Shown here piece by piece: positions 25,487 to 39,000 of a DNA stretch of 64,000 nt; the stretch's first letter is position 1, and each line of letters starts with the position of its first letter. The position numbers and the translations under genes were made by a program. The DNA is from Octopus bimaculoides (taxonomy: Eukaryota): contig NC_068991.1 in NCBI RefSeq assembly GCF_001194135.2, positions 42,271,523-42,335,522 on the forward strand, written 5' to 3'. The notes below the pieces were generated by a model. The model was not told the origin of the DNA, did no database searches, and was given only the letters and a program-made list of their open reading frames with translations.

Positions 25487-26308
25487 TCATAAATATACAG
25501 GGATTAGCAATTGAGTTGCTTCTCCAACATACTGAAAATTTAGAAATAGCAGTCAAAGAACTACTGATTCCAAACTACAAATTTTTCTCTAAAGCGGATG
25601 GCGATATTTATGGCACACATAGAACAAAAAACCGGAGGGAAAAGCGTAAACAAACCAAGCCTTTAGTTAATTGGATACGAATCGTTTCATGGTTAAGTGA
25701 ATGGAAATTTCACTATTCCAATCTTCAGCCCAATATATATATATATATATATAATACAGGCAGATAAACAGAAAGAAGCAGCGATAGGGGGATAAATATA
25801 TTTAATCGGCAAAAGGTTGCAAAAGTAACTCAAGGGCCGAGAGTTTCTTGCATAGCACTTAAATCGATTTTAAATCTGATAGCTCATGAAGTCAGTTTTT
25901 TAAGTGCTATGCCCAAAAATTTTGGCGATTGAGCCACTTTCGTAATTTTCTATCAACCAAAAATGTATCGGTGCAGAAGTTTGCTTTCCAACCGCCTGGT
26001 TCTAGATTCGGTCCTACTGCATGGAACTCGGACAAGTGTTTTCTACTATATACCCCGGGCCGACTAATGCCTTGTGAGTGGATTTGGTAGACGGAAACTG
26101 AAAGGAGCTGGTCTCGTTCAGAAGTATACGTATATTGAGTTCTACACCAGGTTATTAGGACCGCAATATCTAAACGAGTAAAACACAGACACGTGTGTGT
26201 CCCATACACCCTACTGCTTGACAACTGGCGTTGATTTGTCTCGGTAACTTAGCGATTCGGCAAAAAGAGACAGATAGAATACCAGAATTAAAAAAAAGTA
26301 TACTGGGG
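23166..26308 (+). repeat. Direct local duplication of about 275 bp (23166-23440 / 26033-26308)
   Basis: Both copies share a private about 90-bp insert (GAGCTGGTCTC..TTCAGAAGTATACG..ATCTAAACGAGTAAAACAC) absent from other family-B SINEs in the window. Confidence 0.85.
23980..24125 (+). repeat. 26-bp minisatellite (CATAAAAAGCACTCATGCTGGTGTCA), about 5-6 copies
   Basis: Same position in the RTE 3'UTR as 47346-47673 but a different unit variant. Confidence 0.8.
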
Positions 26309-27600
26309 TCGATTTGTTCGACTAAAGCCTTCAAGGTGATGCCCCACCACGGCTGTAGTCTACTTGTTTCAACAAATAAAAGATAAAAGATATTGATTTC
26401 TATTTTTCTTGTTTGTTCAACCAAACCTATATGTATTTATATATGTAATGCTAAAATGAAGAAACAATATTGCAGTTATATATGACTGTATCGCAAAAAT
26501 AAATAAATGTTACTTGCATGTTAACTGCTGTCATATGCTGGTTCGCCCCTTAGATCTAAGAATTGCAATGTTACTTTGTAAAAGCGACGAATTAAACGAC
26601 CCAGCAAAAGTTTAGGTTATATTTTACTAGCTATCACTTGCCGACTTATTAATTTACTTGTTCATACCGCTTGAAAATTCGGAAATCATGTTTCCAACCT
26701 AATTCATTAAAAGAAAAAGAAGGGAGGTGAGTTATACCGAATTCAGTAATTGTTTATTTGGGAATTTAAAGAATTATTCTGTACGATACATATGTGAAAT
26801 GAAGAAGTAATAATAGTTATACAGAACATTGGTTTGTCATTGTAAACACATTAGTACATTACGATAGAGTTGTTTCCAATCGATTGTCAACTTACACGTT
26901 AAAATTAAGGCCGAGAAAAGATAACCGAGAAAAACATAAAAGATCACACAATCGTATTTTCAATTTCCCATTAAATCTAGTTTTGTTCCCAAGACTTACA
27001 ACTATAGAGTTAAGTTAGCGGTTACAGAAGTCATGAACCGGTTTTGATAACTGTTTGATGTCATTTAACTTGAAGAATTTAATTTCTCACTCTGTAACAT
27101 ATCTCAAAGCAACTGTGTAAGATTTTGTAATTTTTTTTTTCACCTTTGTAAGAAATAACAATAATTTTACCTGTGTAATAAATTATAATTTTTTTTTTAT
27201 CTAGCGTGTTGTCGAAGGTTCAGCGATTGATTACTCAACAACTTAGCTTCCAATGATAATGTAATAATTTTGATTGACTTCCGGTCGATCCAAAAATCGC
27301 TTAAGAAATTATCTTGAATTACAAGACACGATAAAGTTTCATTTTGATTTGCAATTGGTTTATTCTAATTAGAAACAAAGCACATGTTTGTAGGGATATG
27401 AAAATAAAATGTGATGGTTAGACCTTTAAAATATTGTGGTTGTCTCCCTTAAATTAGTTGATTAGACATTAGTCTTTGTCAGTGAATCATTTAAAACATC
27501 AAACTACATCAAATACGGAGGCGCGTTGCCTGGTAGTGAGGTTGTTCGGTTCGTGATCCTAGCGTCGTGAGTTCAATTCCTGGACCAGTCGGATCGTTGC
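24760..27600. promoter_or_regulatory. Candidate shared (bidirectional) promoter / unmethylated CpG-richer region between GDPGP1 and BROX
   Basis: Visibly more CpG than the flanks; CCAAT at 24929-24933 and 24985-24989; CRE-like GTCACGTCA at 24961-24969; ETS-type CGGAAGT at 25180-25186 and ACTTCCGG at 27277-27284. Donor-like sites on + (GAG|GTAAGG after 25255, GAG|GTGAGT after 26726) and on - (AAT|GTAAGA at 24766, CGT|GTAAGT at 26896). The TSS positions are inferred only. Confidence 0.5.
25930..26385 (+). mobile_element. tRNA-derived SINE (family B) with CpGs retained
   Basis: Body AAGTGTTTTCTACTATA...GGATTTGGTAGACGGAAACTGAAA and tail GATAGAATA...GGGGTCGATTTGTTCGACTAAA. Other family members at about 11030-11435 (-), 14660-14810 (-), 18598-18975 (+), 22268-22480 (-), 23166-23440 (+), 31085-31190 (-), 48590-49000 (+), 50555-50700 (+) and 53390-53545 (+). 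Confidence 0.75.
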
Positions 27601-29520
27601 GATCTTTATAAATGCCCTTTATTTCATGTTTTCCCAGTCTACTCAACCGAAAATAAATACCAGTTGAGTACTAGTGCAGCACTCTCTCCCCATTTGTCAT
27701 GTCCTGATGTGACGGTAGGTTAAAGGGTGGGAGAGTGAAAGATGTGTATATGTCAGCTCATGATTACATAAGCACCTAAAACAATGAGCAAAAGCATGGT
27801 ATATGTTACCAAAGCCATACCTGCTTACTTACTCACTATAAAGCCATACTTGCTTGCTTACTTACTAACTACAAAGTCATACTTGCTTACCAAAGCCAAA
27901 CTTACTACAAAGCTATACTTGCTTATTATATGTTAACTACATCAAGTAAACTGCATACATAGTTTTAGTTCCTGATTGTGTTGCCTATAGACTTAAAAGA
28001 AACAAAAACCTTTACAAAAACTTAATTTTAAAATAAATTTTCTTCATGAAATTATATTTTATATCTATATAGTATAGTACTTATTTATATACATAAAATA
28101 TGTTAGCACTCACTATACAGAGTTTTGGTCATTAATTGCAATGTTTATCCACTTATTCATTTGTTAGCAATTAATTGGTAAAATGAACACAACCCTTTAT
28201 AAATATGTAGATAAATAATGATTTAAAAATAATAACTTTGCTTCATCCATTTATTTATATTCAAGACCTGAGGTCAAATATAACAATAACAACAACAGGA
28301 AAAAACATGTAGAAGGGCATACCATGAAATTCTTGAAAGCATGACCCATTACCAAATTTATTCTAGACCTCTAGCATTCAGATTACTCTGTCAAATGCAA
28401 TGCTTATTTATTCACACTGTTTTGAATTTTAACAAGGTTGAGGTTGCGTTGGTAGATAAAGATGGTTTGAGTTTCAATATACATGTGTGTGTAGATAAAT
28501 GAAGAAATAGAAAAACCAGGAAGATAAAATGAGACAATTTATTCAACCCGTTAATGAGCATTAACACAGCAAAGCTGTAGAGATACATTTTGAAAGAAAG
28601 GCCAGAAGATATACACAATGGTTTCACATGCAATTGGTACATAATGATGATGTATGCTGGATAGAACAGGAACAACGTATGCACCAAAGAATACTGGAGG
28701 TTGCCTGTGAAATAAACTTGCTCTCTGTTGAAGATCCAAACTCAGTCATGCAAACCCAACTTCATGTAAGCATGAAGGCACGCTGGCAAAATACTGTTCC
28801 TCTAAATGGAAACCTTACTTGTCATTGTGGTTTTGTGGCATAAAGCAAAGTGCCATCCACTCAAGGAAACTTGTAGTAAATGATCCACAAGCAAACTGAG
28901 TCCTCAACTTGTTCCCTTTGCCAAAAGATTTACAAGGCAAGCCTCAAGAGACACATTTGTGTCCATAGAACATCATTACTACTTTATTTTCCTGAACCCT
29001 CATTTGTCATTCATGATGAGAGAATCCATCATATGTATGTATGCACACACACACACACACATATATATATTAATTAATTACTGGTGAAGGCCGGTTTATA
29101 GAGTTACCCTGAGTTTCTCACCATAAAAAGTGACACACATATATATGCATGTTAAATTTGATTATTATTTCAAAACTAGTTTAATAATAACAAATAAAGA
29201 TTCAATGATGGTGTGACTCAATACTGAGTGTAGAGTAAAATTCATAGTAAAATTCAAGTTGCCCAGACTTCAGGTTTCACTTATTGGTTTCTTCAGCCGC
29301 TGGTTGAAAAAAAACTGTCAGGTATAATTTGAGATTTGAGTAAACTTCAATAATACACACAGACACACACACACTCACACACACGCACACGCACACACAA
29401 ATATATATTATATATATATATATTTACATTATATATAAATTTATATGTGTGTGTGTGTGTGTGTTTCTGTGTGTGAATATATATATATATATATCTTATC
29501 TATAAAAGGCAAATTTTCTC

Positions 29521-29730
29521 TGTGTGTGTGTGTGTGTGTATGTTTAAAATTCATACATTTACACAATTCCAAATTTCTTGGATTAAAGAATCGGAATTAA
29601 TATTCTAAATACAATAAGTTAGGTCACACCGTCATATTGTATTTAGAATATTAATTCCGATTCTTTAATCCAAGAAATTTGGAATTGTGTAAATGTATGA
29701 ATTTTAAACATACACACACACACACACACA
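29521..29730. repeat. Perfect fold-back, about 96-bp arms, 18-nt loop, next to an N gap
   Basis: 29521-29616 pairs with 29635-29730. Confidence 0.8.
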
Positions 29731-30760
29731 GAAAATCTGNNNNNNNNNNNNNNNNNNNNNNNNNNNNNNNNNNNNNNNNNNNNNNNNNNNNNNNNNNNNN
29801 NNNNNNNNNNNNNNNNNNNNNNNNNNNNNNNNNNNNNNNNNNNNNNNNNNNNNNNNATATATATATATATATATATACAGTAGAAAGGGAAATAGAAAGT
29901 CCTTGGTACAGAATTATATATTTGAAAAACGAATAGAAATAGTTTTTTTGATAATTTTTCCACTTCAATAATTAGATGTAAACTTATAAACATCTAATTA
30001 TTACAGTGTAAAAATTATCAGAAAAGCCATTTCTATTCATTTTTGCAAATATATATATAAACTGAACTAGAAAAGAAATAAAGTGATAGTATGCTGTCAA
30101 CTTAATGTGATAGTCCCATGAAAGGGAAGAATGCTACTGTTTTTTAGCCTTAGGAAGCACCGTTTCCTGTTGGACTGGACACATTTCCTGTGTCCTTATG
30201 TTGTCAAAGTGGAGACAAGCACCTCCACCCCGAGACTAGTTTCAGAGTCATTGCTCATCATCACTCTGGAGTAGCATGGCTTGCCAGCTGAATTTTTTTA
30301 TTAGGACAATAAATGTCATACACAGATGGTATGATACAGGACAATACAAACAAAAAAAATGTTATAATGAGTTCGAATGATGCTTTGTTTGTTTGAAAAA
30401 TTTTAATGAAATTTAATTTATAGTCTTTTTCCTTTTGGGGAGGGGATTATGCCCTGTTGCCTCAAAGGCCCAGTGACTACCCCTTTCCTTCTTATATATA
30501 TATATATATATATATATAAAGTGTAGTATATTGCCACTTAAGTGTGGCTGACCCCTAGGGGTGGATGTTACTGTTGCNNNNNNNNNNNNNNNNNNNNNNN
30601 NNNNNNNNNNNNNNNNNNNNNNNNNNNNNNNNNNNNNNNNNNNNNNNNNNNNNNNNNNNNNNNNNNNNNNNNNNNNNNNNNNNNNNNNNNNNNNNNNNNN
30701 NNNNNNNNNNNNNTTTATCGTGCAGTTACTGTTAATACTTCATTTAGAGAATTAACATTG

Positions 30761-30800
<40 letters not shown>

Positions 30801-31391
30801 GACAGAGACAGAGAGGGATGGCTATAGAATCTAGTGTCTTCCATTATAGCTCTGGGTTACTTATTCTGATTCTTCTTCTATTAGTCCTTTTTGTGAAAAT
30901 ACTAAGTTATGGGTTGAGGAACATGAATACATTGACATACATGCATACACACACATATACATACATACGTACATACATACGTACATACATACGTACATAC
31001 ATACTTACATACATACATTTGAGTATTTTCTTTAAATGAAACTCAAAGAAAAACGTACTTACGTACATGCATACATACATGCACGACAGGCTTCCATACA
31101 GTTTCCGTCTACCAACGCACAAGGCATTGGTTGGATCAGGTCTATAATAGAAGACACTTGCCAAGTCTAACTGAACCTGAAACCTTGTATGTGTGTGTGT
31201 GAAAACAAATGCAGATTAATCGATAACCTTTTAAAGAATACACTAAAAAATACTTTAGGATTCGAGAAATATTCATGTGAATGGAAACTGGAAGCTCTCA
31301 AAAGGAATTTTGGTTATGAGAAATTGATGAAAAAAATAAGATCGAAGTTATCTCCCCTTGTTTAGCGTATTGTTTTTGTTTCACAGACAAT

Positions 31392-31495
31392 ATGGCGGCT
31401 TACTGGTTCCATCGTAACCCACTGAAAGCTACAGCAGCTGTAACTTTCGAACTTCATGGCTCTACCACAGACCAAATAAGCAGGAAAATTATAAG
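31392..31495 (+). CDS. BROX: BROX coding exon 1 ([14 protein letters not shown]...RKII)
   Basis: Acceptor tttcacag at 31386 with 5 nt of UTR, so an upstream non-coding exon is implied; donor AG|gtttgt, phase 2. Confidence 0.93.
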
Positions 31496-32723
31496 GTTTG
31501 TGATTTCATCCGGGAAATATCAAACTTGTAGCTTATTTAAATGTTAACCAATTTTATAAATGGTTCTTACCTTACTGATTACGGAATATTTTTTTTTTAA
31601 TCTCTAACAGGTTACACCCTTTCTTTAATGTCTTCTGTTAAACAAATTCTTAGTACACTCTTCCAGTTTATTCGCATCCTGATAAGACTTTTACAACTAT
31701 TACTTTTAAATGTTTAACTCTACGACAGACAGAACTTAATGATTTGTCTTATGTAATGCTTCGAATGACTAATGTTTTGTTTTTATTAGAGATAATGTGA
31801 TGGATTGCCAGAAACGATAGAGTGCGTTATAGTATATATTTAGTTTCTTCCATCAACGTTCTGAGTTCAAATCTTGCTTGTTCGTCTTTGTTTCCCACCC
31901 TTTCACTAATGAGGACGATAAATATGTACCAGGGTACCAGGCATATTCTGGGATTAGATTATTTTCCTGTAACGTCCCACTGCAAATCTTTCGTCTTCTG
32001 TCAGTATGAGATACTTTTAATTTTTTTTTTGTCGTTGAGATGGCCGAAACAGTGTCGATGATTAAAATTGTAGTTGAGTTTAGTTTTACATCTCATTCTT
32101 TCCTATTTAAAATCCCACCAGAGTTGCCCTAATCTTCCAGAGAGTCGATGGAATAAATGCCAACAAAATTACTTGTAGATTTAATCAACTACATGTCATT
32201 CTTCTGAACATTAGTCTGGTCAAAAAAGGATAAATAATAATTACTAGCGTATTGAAATCTATAATTCCTCCCCGCTTAACTGTTCTTTTCTCTTCATTGT
32301 TTATGTAGAAATCATTGTCAAAAGTTTGACAGCTTACGAAGTGTAATCATCTGAATTTAATTATTATATCGGGTATTTCCAAAATAGCTGAGCAAACAGT
32401 TTTTTCTTTTTATTAACTATCGTTCTTTCTTTTACATCGTTGATAATTATACTCGTGTATCTTTGTTTTATTCATTGATTCATTTATATTTGGACAGGAT
32501 TCAGGAAAAATGGGGATAACATTAATGTCAGCTGACAAATTGTTAAATATAATTGAATACAGGTTCAGGGGCTATTGTGAGATGAGAGCGTGTGAAGTAC
32601 TACGTAATTCTTAATACAATATGGATTTTTATTGAAATACATACATACATACATATGTGTGTATACACTCTCACATACGACTTCAGTTTTATCATGTGAT
32701 TGTCCTACTGTTCATTATATATA

Positions 32724-32756
<33 letters not shown>

Positions 32757-33002
32757 ATGATTTGTAAATAGTTAAGTCTATATCCGGATATAGAGTGACC
32801 AACGGTTTTGCATCCACAAAGGGCTTAGCCCTGTGAACGTCTCGTCAGACTCTAAAGTCTAAGGGTCTGACGAAACGTTCACGGGGCTAAGCCCTTTGTG
32901 GATGCGAAACCATTGGTCACTCTATATCCTGACATAGACCTAACTACTTATAAATACATTACTGCTCTATGCTCTAGAATGTGCTTCTTTTTCGGATACA
33001 TG

Positions 33003-33048
<46 letters not shown>

Positions 33049-36000
33049 GAGTGGCTGGACAAACGAAAGAAAAAGGCACTTAGCACAGTAGTTGTGTTCG
33101 TTCATTCATGCATATACACAAACATACTTTTGTTTGTGTTTATGTACAACCGTCTTAAGACAGGAGCCAGAAGGATCATGAATCCCTTGGGAGGTCAGGC
33201 AATTTCTTCACATTTCGATGTAGGGAAGAGGTCAACTTCTTTAATATAGCCCTGCCGAATCCATGAGCACATAAGAATTTGACAAGGTGAAGCAAAACTA
33301 GTTTCAGGTTCCAGGAAGGGTGTTTTCTCAAAATTAAAGTGGTGTACTTTTTCTTTGACTTAATCATGACCCTTGCAGATTGTCATGGATCCCTCGTTCA
33401 CTCTCTGGGCTGCAAACCAATATGCTGTTGGGATCCTTGTATATATATATATATATATATCATCATCATCATCATCGTTTACCGTCCGCTTTCCATGCCA
33501 GCATGGGTTGGACGATTTGACTGAGGACTGGTGAAACCGGATGGCAACACCAGGCTCCAATCTAATTTGGCAGAGTTTCTACAACTGGATGCCCTTCCTA
33601 ACGCCAACCACTCAGGGAGGCCAACCACTCAACGTATACAGCATTATAGATCCATTACAGCCAATCTAATCAATTAGTTTCACATTAGATACTAGGTTAC
33701 ATGGTTGTTATCTAATAGCTGCCTTCCCTGAAAAGCATTCCTAATTGATAACCCACTCTATTGACAAATATATGAATGCCTATTTTCCCTGACTTTTAGA
33801 TACTTAGACAATGACTATATATATATATTCCCTTCTCTCTTTTAGTGGGCATGAGCACTTACAAACACATGTACATGACAGAAACTTCCGCCTACCAAAT
33901 TCAATGATATATCTATATATTGGCATTAGGAAGGGTAACCAGCTGTAGAAACCTTGCCACAAGAAACAATTGGAGTCAGGACAGCTCCTGTCAAACCATC
34001 CAACCCATGCCAACATAGAAAATGGATGTTAAACAACGATGATGATGATATATAGAGGCAATTATGCAGATAAACAAATTAAATATATTAAATATAACTA
34101 CTTGAGTATGAGAGGTTGTTGAATGTGTAGAATGCATGATATGAAGAAGTGATACCTTGTGCTGACCATACTGATGGACCAGCAATTCAAGTTGACAGCA
34201 GTGTAGTTAGATAAAGGCACTCAAGGAAATGAAGAGTGAGAAAGTTGCTGGTCAATCTGGGATAATTGTGGAGATGCTCAAAATATTTGGTGAAGCAGAA
34301 TACAGGATTACCATCTGGATAGTAAATCGAATCATACAAGAGGGTGCCATACACAATAACTAGTGTAGTAATATCATTGTAAACTGTGGCAAAGCAAAGG
34401 AAATGCCTTAGAGAGAAATAGTTACAGAAGAATTAAATTACTGGATCGGATAATGAAGGTCACAGAGAGAGTCATTGTACAACGGATTCATGATAGGGTA
34501 GATCTGGATGAGATGCAGTTTGGTTTTGTGCCTGGAAGAGGTACGAGAAATGCAATCTTCCTAGTGAGGCAACTACGGGAGAAATACTTTGCTAAGAATA
34601 AACCATTATTTCTGGCCTTTATTGGCCTGGAGAAGACTTTCTCTTGCTACCCAGAACTATCTTAGTTGTTAGTCATTTTTTATCCGTTAATATTGTTCTC
34701 CATGCCCACATGTTAGTGGCCAACCTTCTATCCAAATCACCAAATCCCATGCATTATGCCTGTTTTATCTCTTTACTCCACTCCTGCAGCCTACTCAAAC
34801 ATCTCTTCTTTCTCTCTCTTTTCTGTCCCTAACAACAGTATTGTTACTACCACACTGCTAGTATCCCTGTAGTTTCCCCAACTCATTCACCCCTTTACCT
34901 TCCTCTCCCACTTCCCCTACCTTTTTCCCCGCATACACTCTTGCAAAACCCCTATTTCTCCCACCCACTACTGCTCCTGCTACCTGAGGTGCCACCTACA
35001 CACCTCATCACCACTGTCTATCTCTTTGGAGACACATCTAATTCATTCTCACTCTCTCTCCTAAATGATAGTAGCTATATAGCCTCTCTACAAGAACCTG
35101 CTCTATTCCAACCTCTTCTCTCACACCATCCAAGATTTGTTGACTTGTGAGCTACAGCATGAGCTCAATAATGCTGGTGGTATGAAAAAAGCACCCAGTA
35201 CACACTGTAAAGTGGTTGGCATTAGGAAGGGCATCCAGCTGTAGAAACCATGTCAAAGCAGACACTGAAGTACGACGTAATTATTGATTCATTGAACCCT
35301 TGTCAAACTGTCCAACCTAAACTAGTAAATCATCATCATCATCATCATCTTTTAACGTCCGCTTTCCATGCTGGCATGGGTTGGATGGTTTGACTGAGGG
35401 CTGGCGAGTCAGAAGGCTGCACCAGTCTCCAATCTGATCTGGTAAAGTTTCTACTCCACTCTGAGAGTGTAATAGGTGCTTTTCTGTGCCACCGGCATGA
35501 GGTCCAGTCAGGTGGTACTGGCATTGGCCATGCTCAAATGGTGCTTTTTACGTGCTGTGCCAATCAGGCGGTACTGTCATCGGCCATGACAGCAATTTCA
35601 CTTGCCTCAACAGGTCTTTGCAAGCATAGTTTATTGTCCAATGATGATGATGATAATTATGACATACACACATACATATGCATACATACATACATACATA
35701 TGCATATACATCAATGGCATCACAGTCCTTTCTCACATACTGTCTCTTGATCCCAAACACTTCACACCTTTGATCCCCATGCTGCAAGACCTGCATAAAT
35801 CTCTTCCTTTCTGCTTCACCCTCAGCTTAATATACCTATCACTTTGCTGCTCTTTTAACCACTTGGTAATACTCTCTACTACTACCTACATTTCAGCTTT
35901 CTCATGCCTATTTCTTAACCTTTTTTTGTTGGCATTCTGTCGCTTACGACGTCGAGGGTTCCAGTTGATCCGATCAACGGAACAGCCTGCTCGTGAAATT

Positions 36001-39000
36001 AACGTGCAAGTGGTTGAGCAATCCACACACGTGTACCCTTAACGTAGTTCTCAGGGATCTTCAGCATGACACAGTGTGACAAGGCTGACCCTTTGAATTA
36101 CAGGCACAACAGAAACAGGAAGTAAGAGTGAGAGAAAGTTGTGGTGAAAGAGTACAGCAGGGTTCGCCACCATCCCCTGCCGGAGCCTCATGGAGCTTTA
36201 GGTGTTTTCACTCAATAAACACTCACAACGCCCGGTCTGGGAATCGAAACCCCAATCCTATGACCACGAGTCCGCTGCCCTAACCACTGGGCCATTGCGC
36301 CTCCACCTTAGCCTTTAATGCCCTATCAACTGTATCGTTCCATCACCATATAACTTTCGGCTTGGTCATGACTTTGCTCCAGCCACATGTATGTTTAGTG
36401 GCCCTGAGCAATTTACTTCATAAAAATTCCCAGTTTTCATCTACATTGTGGCTATCTAAGTCTACCTCCCTACAATTATATGCATCATTTAGTATTCTCT
36501 AATCTCTTTCCAATTGTAGGATCCTTTAGTTTCCATATCTTCCTTCTTCATGTCATCCTCTGTCTCTTTGTCTTCTTAGCTCTAACTCTGAAGTCTCTAA
36601 CCACTAGTCTGTGTTGTGCAGTGCTGGGAATCGTTTTGTCATTTACACTAGATGTTCTGTGCTTTTTCCTGGTGAGAACGTAATTTGTCTGACTTGTGTG
36701 TATGGCAAATTTGTAGGTAATGAAGTGGTTGGCTGGTTTCCTAAAGTATGCAGATTGTTAGATTTGTTGTGTCACAGAACTCTAGGAACCATGTACCCTT
36801 CTTGTTTTTCTCCCTATATCCATTGCTTCCATATATAGATTAGATGAAATACTTTTGGGATATATTTGATCTGTAAAATATGTATCCACTGCTGTTTGCC
36901 ATCAAGAAAAAAATTTGCTTCAGGCAATAGGTGTTATAAAAAAAAACCAACAGTCATTTCATAGCACCGTCCCATAAATGGTGAATGCATTTCTAACACT
37001 TGGCTATCATCAGTACCGTGTGTGTGTGTGTGTGTGTGTAAGGTGATCAAGGTAATTAGAGTATGAGACAGGATAATTTAAGCATAGACTAGACTTGGAA
37101 AATGTGACAGCAACATTTATCTCTATGCATATGCTCCTCATTTGGGACTGGTAGTTGAATAAAAGGACTGTTTTATAAAAGCCCTTTTACAGAACTTTCT
37201 TCATGGCTGGTGCCTTCAATGGACATGTTGGGCAACAACTTGATGATTTCTCTGATGTACATGAAGGCTATGGCTTTGGTCCTAGAGATCAGTGGGGAAC
37301 AGAGTTCTTGGAATTATGCAATATAAATGACCTCATGATGTGCAACAGTAATTTCAAAAAACCAGTTAGTCACCTGATCACCTATCAAATTAACTACATT
37401 CTGACCAGAAAATGGGATTTGTAAATGCAAAGTATGTAAAACCCAACATAGGTTAGTTGCTAATGACTTCAGAATTAGAGCTCACAGACATAATCCAATC
37501 TGGAGAAGTTATGGAAGCTTATAAATCGAATTGGAGGGTCAAAAATTTGGAGAAGTATTGTTGAAACATTTGAAGGAAAGGAGATGATAGAGATGTATAA
37601 CATATAGGAAATGTTCCTTTGGAAACACTTAGTGATAGCAACAGACCAAATCTAAGGCTGGTGCAAAGTTTCAGTTAGACCAAGGATGACATAGCGGTGG
37701 AACAGTGAAGTTAGACAGCCATTAAAGTGAAGAATCAGCTTTGGAAAAACTGGAAAATTGAAGGCAACAAAAAATCATATCAGGTAGCTAGAAGAGAAGT
37801 TAATTGACAGGTGTTCCTAGCAAAGGGAGAAGCAGAAAGTTAGAGTTAGCAGATCTACAGTGTGAGTCTCAGTGGTATGAGGTGTTCTGGATTGCATGAC
37901 CGTGTATCAGAAAGAAACAAGATGTTGTGGGTAAGAAGTGTGTATTGATGTATAATGGTCTACTTATATTTAGTGATTCTGAAAAGAAAGAGTCATTGAA
38001 GCGCTTCTATGAAAGGATACTATATGTGGAGAATGCATGGGAAAAAGAGTCTTCCTAACGAGGACCCAACAGAGGTATCAGCAGTATGATAAAACTATTT
38101 AAGATATGAAGGTAGGGAAAGCCCCCTGGCCCATCAGGAATCTGCTGAGATGCTTAAAATATCTGTCAGAATAAGATGTGGCCAAGCTGACCATATACAT
38201 AATTAGGTTGTACAAGAAGGTGCTATGCCCAATGGCTAGTGTAGCAGCACTATTGTCAGTTGTTGCAAGGAAGAGCATCCATCTCTAAAACAATGCCTCA
38301 GTTACATATTCATCTAAGTCAGGCTAGCATGGGAAAGTATACATACAAACAAATGAATATATGAATGAATGGACACGCACACAAATTATATAATACATAT
38401 GGTATTTACATTATTTACATTTGACGGATATTTGTCCTCATCTTGTTTGTTGTTAACACAACGTTTTGGCTGATATACCCTCCAGCCTTCGTCAGGTGTC
38501 TTGGGGAAATTTCGAACCTGGGTTCTCATTCCTAACGATGTTACTATTATATTATTATTATATATTATTATATCCATCCATACAGTTCACCATGGAAAAG
38601 GAACAGAACAATCAGCTGGCATTCCTGGACGTATTAATAACACGCACCGAGTATGGATTCAGGACATCCGTATATCGCAAGCCAACCTTCACTGGACGAT
38701 ACCTTAACTTCAATTCCCACCTTCCATACAGTGTAAAGAGAGGAATTGCTCAGTGCCTAAAACATCGAGCAAAGAATATAAGTAGCGATCGTGATACCCA
38801 CCACGAAGAAATGATCAAGCTCAGTAACAATCTATTAAGAAACAACTACCCCAAGAACATACTATCTACTCCAATTATGAAGAAAAGAGAGGATGAAACC
38901 ANNNNNNNNNNNNNNNNNNNNNNNNNNNNNNNNNNNNNNNNNNNNNNNNNNNNNNNNNNNNNNNNNNNNNNNNNNNNNNNNNNNNNNNNNNNNNNNNNNN

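Noticed and set aside
16447-31391. AIDA or another protein-coding gene between GDPGP1 and BROX
   Set aside because: No exon with recognisable protein similarity was found by eye; small exons of an unknown gene cannot be excluded.
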